64,000 bases of DNA, taken from assembly GCF_009914755.1 (NCBI RefSeq), contig NC_060934.1, one strand, 5' to 3'. Origin of the DNA: the human T2T-CHM13v2.0 reference genome, Homo sapiens. Shown here piece after piece: positions 58,912 to 64,000 of the stretch (its first letter is position 1; the number at the start of each line of letters is the position of its first letter). The notes under the pieces are model-generated. The model was given only the letters and a program-made list of their open reading frames with translations, made no database searches and was not told the origin of the DNA. Position numbers and translations under genes: made by a program.

Positions 58912-60153
58912 CCATGGGTTGAAATGGTTAAAGCTGGGTTTTGGGTAGGTAGGAGTTCATTAGTCTATTATTTCCGCTTTGGTATAAATGTAAAAATTTT
59001 CAAAATAAAGGCGTTTAGAAAAATCGTTCCCACAAAGTATGAACGTGATCAAATCTAGTGAAAAAACCTAACAATATGAAATCTAGTGTGGAATTAGAAC
59101 TGATTATTTAGAAAATACCAAGGGAGTTGTACACCAGATAGAAGTGAAGACAATACATAATAATAATAATAATATCTCTTCACTAGGTTTTCAAGTTATA
59201 CTGAAACATAACAAAGAATATGATACATAAATTCTTCTTTAATATGAATTTTAAACAATACATTGGAATTTATTGTGATGCCAATTCAGAACAAATTTCT
59301 GTTTAATATTGGTTAGTGTTTGGATACTCAAAAGGAGTTAATTACTACCAATAGTCATGATAATAATAAAATTAAATCCTGAGAGTATTAAAGTGAAACA
59401 TTTGGGATTTCTGTGATGCTTCAATCACCACATTGAAAATGTATGTGAATAAATGGAGGTGTTTTCACAGGTGGGTGACACAAAAGTAAAATAATGTACA
59501 TTGGCATGATGAAAAAAATGTTTCTTCAATAATTCATTCATCAGGAAATATTTTTTTGAAGCACATTTTTTTGAGGCACTATTCTAGGTGCTTGGAATAT
59601 CTGTTGAATAAATCAGAGAAGGATCTCTGCCATCATGTGGCTGACATTGTAGCAAAGGGGGAAAGAAAGTCAATATGAAGCATTATTAATCACAAATTTG
59701 TATAGTGTGTTGTTGTTGATAAGTGCTATAGGAAAAAAAGGAGTTTCTGGATGGTGGGGGTGGGGGAAGAAGAGTGAGTTAAATAAAATGTTACATGTAA
59801 CTACTGCAATAAAGATGCTTTCATTAGTGTTTTTACTTTTTCAAAGAGTTGTGGATGGATGGATGGATGTGTGATGTATACTGAATAGACAAAAAAGCTT
59901 TTTTCAAACACAATGTGAAATTTCAGAATGATTTAGAGGAAGAGATCTGACACTTATTAAATGTTTCCTAAGAGTCAGAAACTGTGAAAAAAAGAATTTA
60001 TGTATGTTGTCTCATTTAATATTTTTAAAACACTGTGATGTAAAACATGATGTTTTTAGAAAGGTTAAAAAGCTTTACCATGTCACATGGATGACTGAGC
60101 AGGTAGATTGGAATACCAAATTTTCTGACTCAAAACACTTTCTCCTGAACCTA

Positions 60154-60452
60154 TACTGTCCAATGTGTTAGCAACTAGCCACATGGAACTATTGAGCCCT
60201 TGAAATGTGGCTAGTCAAAATTGACATGTGCTCTATGTGTAAATTACGAACTGGATTTCAAATATGTAGTAACAAGCAAAGAATATAAAATATTATACTA
60301 GGAGGTTGTATATTGATTATATGTTGAAATTATAACATTTTGGATATATTAGATTAAATAAATTACTAAAAACTTGTTTACTTCTTAAAATGTGGCTACT
60401 AAATATTCTAAAACTACATATGTGGCTCACGTTATGTTTTAATTGGACAACC
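60154..60452. mobile_element. MER33/MER3-type hAT MITE
   Basis: 'ctgtccaat...actagccacatg...ttgaaatgtggctagt...atgtggctcac...ttggaca'. Confidence 0.78.
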
Positions 60453-60778
60453 CTGTTTAATATTACACTGCATAGGTAAAGAAGGCTTTCTTGTCTACCA
60501 AGTGAATAAAACACTGGAATTGACTGAAGAAATATTGAAAAAAGCCATCCCTGTATAACTTTGAAGATGAGTAGTCTTTTACTTATAAATTTACACACTT
60601 GCAGCAAGAAGTGGCAAAGATGGTCTATTTGACATCCAATCCACTTTAAGCAAAAAGTACTTTGGAGAAAAAGAGAACAATGAAAAGCAAAGTGGTATAA
60701 TTTTAACAATTTAGCCTAATCTATTATCTTTATATTACATTATATATATTAACAAAGTATATCCTAATAATTAAACAT

Positions 60779-61150
60779 TATTAAAAGAAGAATGTTAGAC
60801 AAATTACGTTTAGCAGAGTTTATTTGCACAATAAATAATTCATGAATTGGGCAATACTCAGAACCAAAAGTGGTTCAGAGAGCTCCACCCTTCAGTGTGA
60901 GCAACAAGCGTTTATGAGCCAAAAACAAGCAAGTTAGAGAAATTATCTGATTGACTATAGCTAGGCATCTGCCTCATTTGGGTATGGTGTGATGAGTTGG
61001 CTGCCTGTGACTGGCTGAAATTTGTCTTTTATACTCCTAAATTTGGTTTTGGTTTATTTCTGTACTAAGTTAGGTTGCAGTTGGTTATCTAGGAACTCAA
61101 AGTACAAAGAAGACTTCAGGGTAATGGCCTCTTGGTTATTTACTTTGACA
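60779..61150 (-). mobile_element. 3' LTR of an ERV1 provirus (MER57/LTR54-like, family uncertain)
   Basis: LTR-like sequence ending ttgaca at 61150, adjacent to attccctttt (minus-strand polypurine tract AAAAGGGAAT before the LTR TG). Confidence 0.7.
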
Positions 61151-61450
61151 ATTCCCTTTTCTGGTCAGCCTCTCAATCTTGAGAGATTGATGCAAACCTT
61201 GGGCATTGATGCTAAGGTTTGTCACCATCATAGTGGATATATTTGGTCTCAGTATGGAACTCACAAGGTACAGTATCGAGTCAGCTGAATGATTTGTTCT
61301 CTTTGTGTTTTTGTTGTTCAAACCAAAGTGAGACCATTTGATACACAGTGAATGGCTACGCACAAGCATTTAAGACCCTTGAGAGAATACAGTGTACCAG
61401 GCAGACTACTATGATGACTATCAGAAGGATAATACCAAGACACTGAAGGA

Positions 61451-62408
61451 TGAAAGGGTGGGTTGCCCCTGCACACCTGTGGGTGTTTCTCGTCAGGTGG
61501 AAGGAGACACTTGAGAAAAGAAAGAGACACAGAGACAAAGTATAGAGAAAGAAAAGTGGGCCCAGGGGACCGGCGCTCAGCATACAGAGGATCCGCTCCA
61601 GCACCAGTCTCTGAGTTCCCTCAGTATTTATTGATCATTATCTCTACCATCTTGGAGAGGGGGATGTGGCAGGACAATAGGGTAATAGTGGAGAGAGGGT
61701 CAGCAGGAAAACGTGAACAAATGTCTCTGCATCATAAACAAGGTAAAGGAAAAGGTGCTGTGCTTTTGATGTGCACGTACGTAAACATCTCAATGCCTTA
61801 AAGAGCCAGCATGTCTCACCTCCAGCCCTAAGGCAGTTTTCTGCTATCTCAGTAGATGGAATATACAATCGAGTTTTACACTGAGACATTCCATTGCCAA
61901 GGGAGGAGCAGGAGACAGATGCCTTCCTCTTACCTCAACTGCAAAGAGGCTTTCCTCTTTTACTAATCCTCCTCAGCACAGACCCTTTACAGGTGTCGGG
62001 CTGGGGGATGGTCAGGTCTTTCCCTTCCCACAAGGCCATATTTCAGACTATCACATGGGGAGAAACCTTGGACAATACCTGGCTTTCCTAGGCAGAGTTC
62101 CCTGCAGCCTTCCGCAGTGTTTTATGTCCCTGGGTACTTGAGAGTAGGGAGTGGTGATGACTTTTAACAAGCATGCTGCCTTCAAGCATTTGTTTAACAA
62201 AGCACATCCTGCATAGCCCTAAATCCATTAAACCTTGAGTCGACACAGCACATGTTTCTGCGAGCACAGGGTTGAGGGTAGGGTTACAGATTAACAGCAT
62301 CTCAAGGCAGAAGAATTTTTCTTAGTACAGAACAAAATGGAGTCTCTTATGTCTACTTCTTTCTACATAGACACAGTAACAGTCTGATCTCTCTTTCTTT
62401 TCCCCATA
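61451..62408 (-). mobile_element. HERV-K(HML-2) solo LTR, LTR5A/B type
   Basis: Minus strand begins TATGGGGAAAAGAAAGAGAGATCAGACTGTTACTGTGTC and ends GGGGCAACCCACCCTTTCA; 958 bp. Terminal diagnostics differ from LTR5_Hs. Confidence 0.93.
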
Positions 62409-62431
62409 TTGTTTACTCCATAGCAGGAGCC

Positions 62432-62743
62432 CTAAGAATCATATGAATTAAAATCAAATAAATCAAAAAATAAACCAGAAGTGGAATCTACTTGTTTTAA
62501 CCAAATAGCTTGTTTGCTGAATTCTTGCAGATTAGTTTCTATACCAGATGTATTTATCCGTGTGCAGCAAGAGGTGTTAGCTACTGTAGACACTCCCCGC
62601 TGTTCAGCCAACAGGTAGTCCAAAACAATCTTGCTATCTAAAACAACCTTATCAAGAGAATTTAAAGAAATGTACTGGGCAGCCATAGCCTTTGCAATAT
62701 AGTCAGCTATATCAGTTAGTATTTGAGACTGATTTCTAACCAT
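62432..62743 (-). pseudogene. Retroviral Env transmembrane-subunit ectodomain remnant (gamma-type)
   Basis: Heptad repeat, immunosuppressive-domain-like LDSKIVLDYLLAEQRGV, and CX6CC with the first Cys replaced by Ser (STVANTSCC). Stops before the membrane anchor. Confidence 0.88.
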
Positions 62744-64000
62744 AACTTTATTATATTTATGCCAAGCCAGGAAAGGAGTGTTCTACCCAAAGATGCTCAT
62801 TTACAGCTAGAAAAAATCTTATTTATTTTACATTGAAAATTGAATTGTATAGATCAATGATCAGTTTCCAGTTGATTATGGAGTGAGTGGTGCCGTTAAA
62901 ATGCCTAACCCACATTGGCCTCTTTTTGAGACATGGAGTCAAAAAGATCAGCACACGGCTGATCTTTAAATTCTCTACAAATAAAAATATATCTTCAAGA
63001 GCCACAACAGACAGTTCCCTTTAAGATGTCTTGTGATTTAAGGGTCACTAGTAGGAAAGCACTAAAATTTATCCAAGGCTTTATTATCAAATCATAGCAT
63101 GGTTAGAGCCCATCAACAATTAGGGTTATATATTTGTCTACAAAATGCCAAACTATTTTTTGTTGTTCTTATTCAATTTCTGGCATAATTAACTGCAAAA
63201 CCCTCATTATATGTTTTGCCTACTGTTAGCTTTAAACAAGGAATATGAATATGTGAATCTAAAAGTCTAACCCTATAGAAGAATCAAACCTGCAATATGA
63301 GAAAATGGTCACATTTGGAATATCAGTAACTTTTGTTTCAGGGTGAACTAGAGGATCTCTAAGATCATGTAGGGATATTGGTTTAACATGACATAGTCAA
63401 CATTCAGTTAGGTTTTCTGCAGAAGTTATCAACTATGAAATCTTGATTTTGGCATTATCTCACCATTTGTAAACAGAAAAGAAACACAGAGAAAAAATAA
63501 AAAAGACAAAGTTTTCATAATGAGAGAGGGGAGAAGTTTTGATCCTTGTTTTGGGGAAAGTTGGCCACATCTAGGATGTCATCTTCTTCTGAAGAGAAAT
63601 CTCCTTGGTCAGTTTTGCCTTGAGGTCTCCAAAAGATGTGCAGTCTTGGAGGAGTCCTCTTGAGTTGAGAGATAGGGAGCCAAGACTGAAGGTTATAAAG
63701 TTTTGCTGCAGTATGATTGCTTAAAAGAGCTTGGTATCATTCTCTCCAGTGGGGCTCAGGGGCAGTCTTTCTCTAGTGTCACTTCCAAAAGAGCCATTCT
63801 GTGTCCTAGATCATGAAAAATGTGGTTATCATCAGTTGGTGGGTAACAAAGGGCTTTTTTTACATGGTAAACATATACTCTGGCATAATACATTAAAGCT
63901 TGGCAATATTTCATCATTTATAAGAACAGGAGATACAGGCAGCTCTATTGTTATGGGCAAAGGCCTCAGTGACTATTTGATAAGATTTCATAATTGGTGC

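Larger units (their letters stand above)
61151..64000 (-). mobile_element. ERV1 internal region (degenerate integrase end and env), interrupted by LTR5 and running off the window
   Basis: Integrase C-terminal remnant at ~63656-63790: FWK*H*RKTAPEPHWRE*YQALLSNHTAAKLYNLQSWLPISQLKR (W-x-G-P-Y-type region). Env TM at 62432-62743; membrane anchor at ~61356-61450. Confidence 0.85.

Noticed and set aside
62432-62743. Domesticated syncytin-like env gene
   Set aside because: No intact SU or signal peptide, mutated CX6CC, a stop before the anchor, and an LTR5 insertion.

Overview
Human intronic genomic DNA: AT-rich, CpG-poor, repeat-dense, and carrying an AluYb8 (a human-specific subfamily). It holds three consecutive + strand coding exons of a MAM/LDL-receptor class A mosaic protein recognised as MALRD1 (Diet1): 1953-2136 (end of a MAM domain), 43159-43287 (LDLa module) and 50127-50288 (start of the next MAM domain). 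They splice in frame across introns of 41,022 and 6,839 bp. The introns contain an HMGN1 processed pseudogene with a CpG-rich 5' end, about a dozen Alus, L1/L2/MIR fragments, MaLR/ERVL/ERV1 LTRs, DNA-transposon relics, and an antisense ERV1 provirus remnant (integrase end, env TM, 3' LTR) interrupted by a HERV-K(HML-2) LTR5. I see no supportable evidence of a new multi-gene system. The most unusual items are a perfect 43-bp-arm hairpin apparently made by serial template switching (24732-24825), the HMGN1 retrocopy and its unexplained 3' flank, a possible intronic-polyadenylation isoform after the third exon, and the LTR5 junctions lacking a recognisable TSD. Repeat subfamily names were assigned by eye from recalled consensus sequences, and boundaries without a TSD are approximate.
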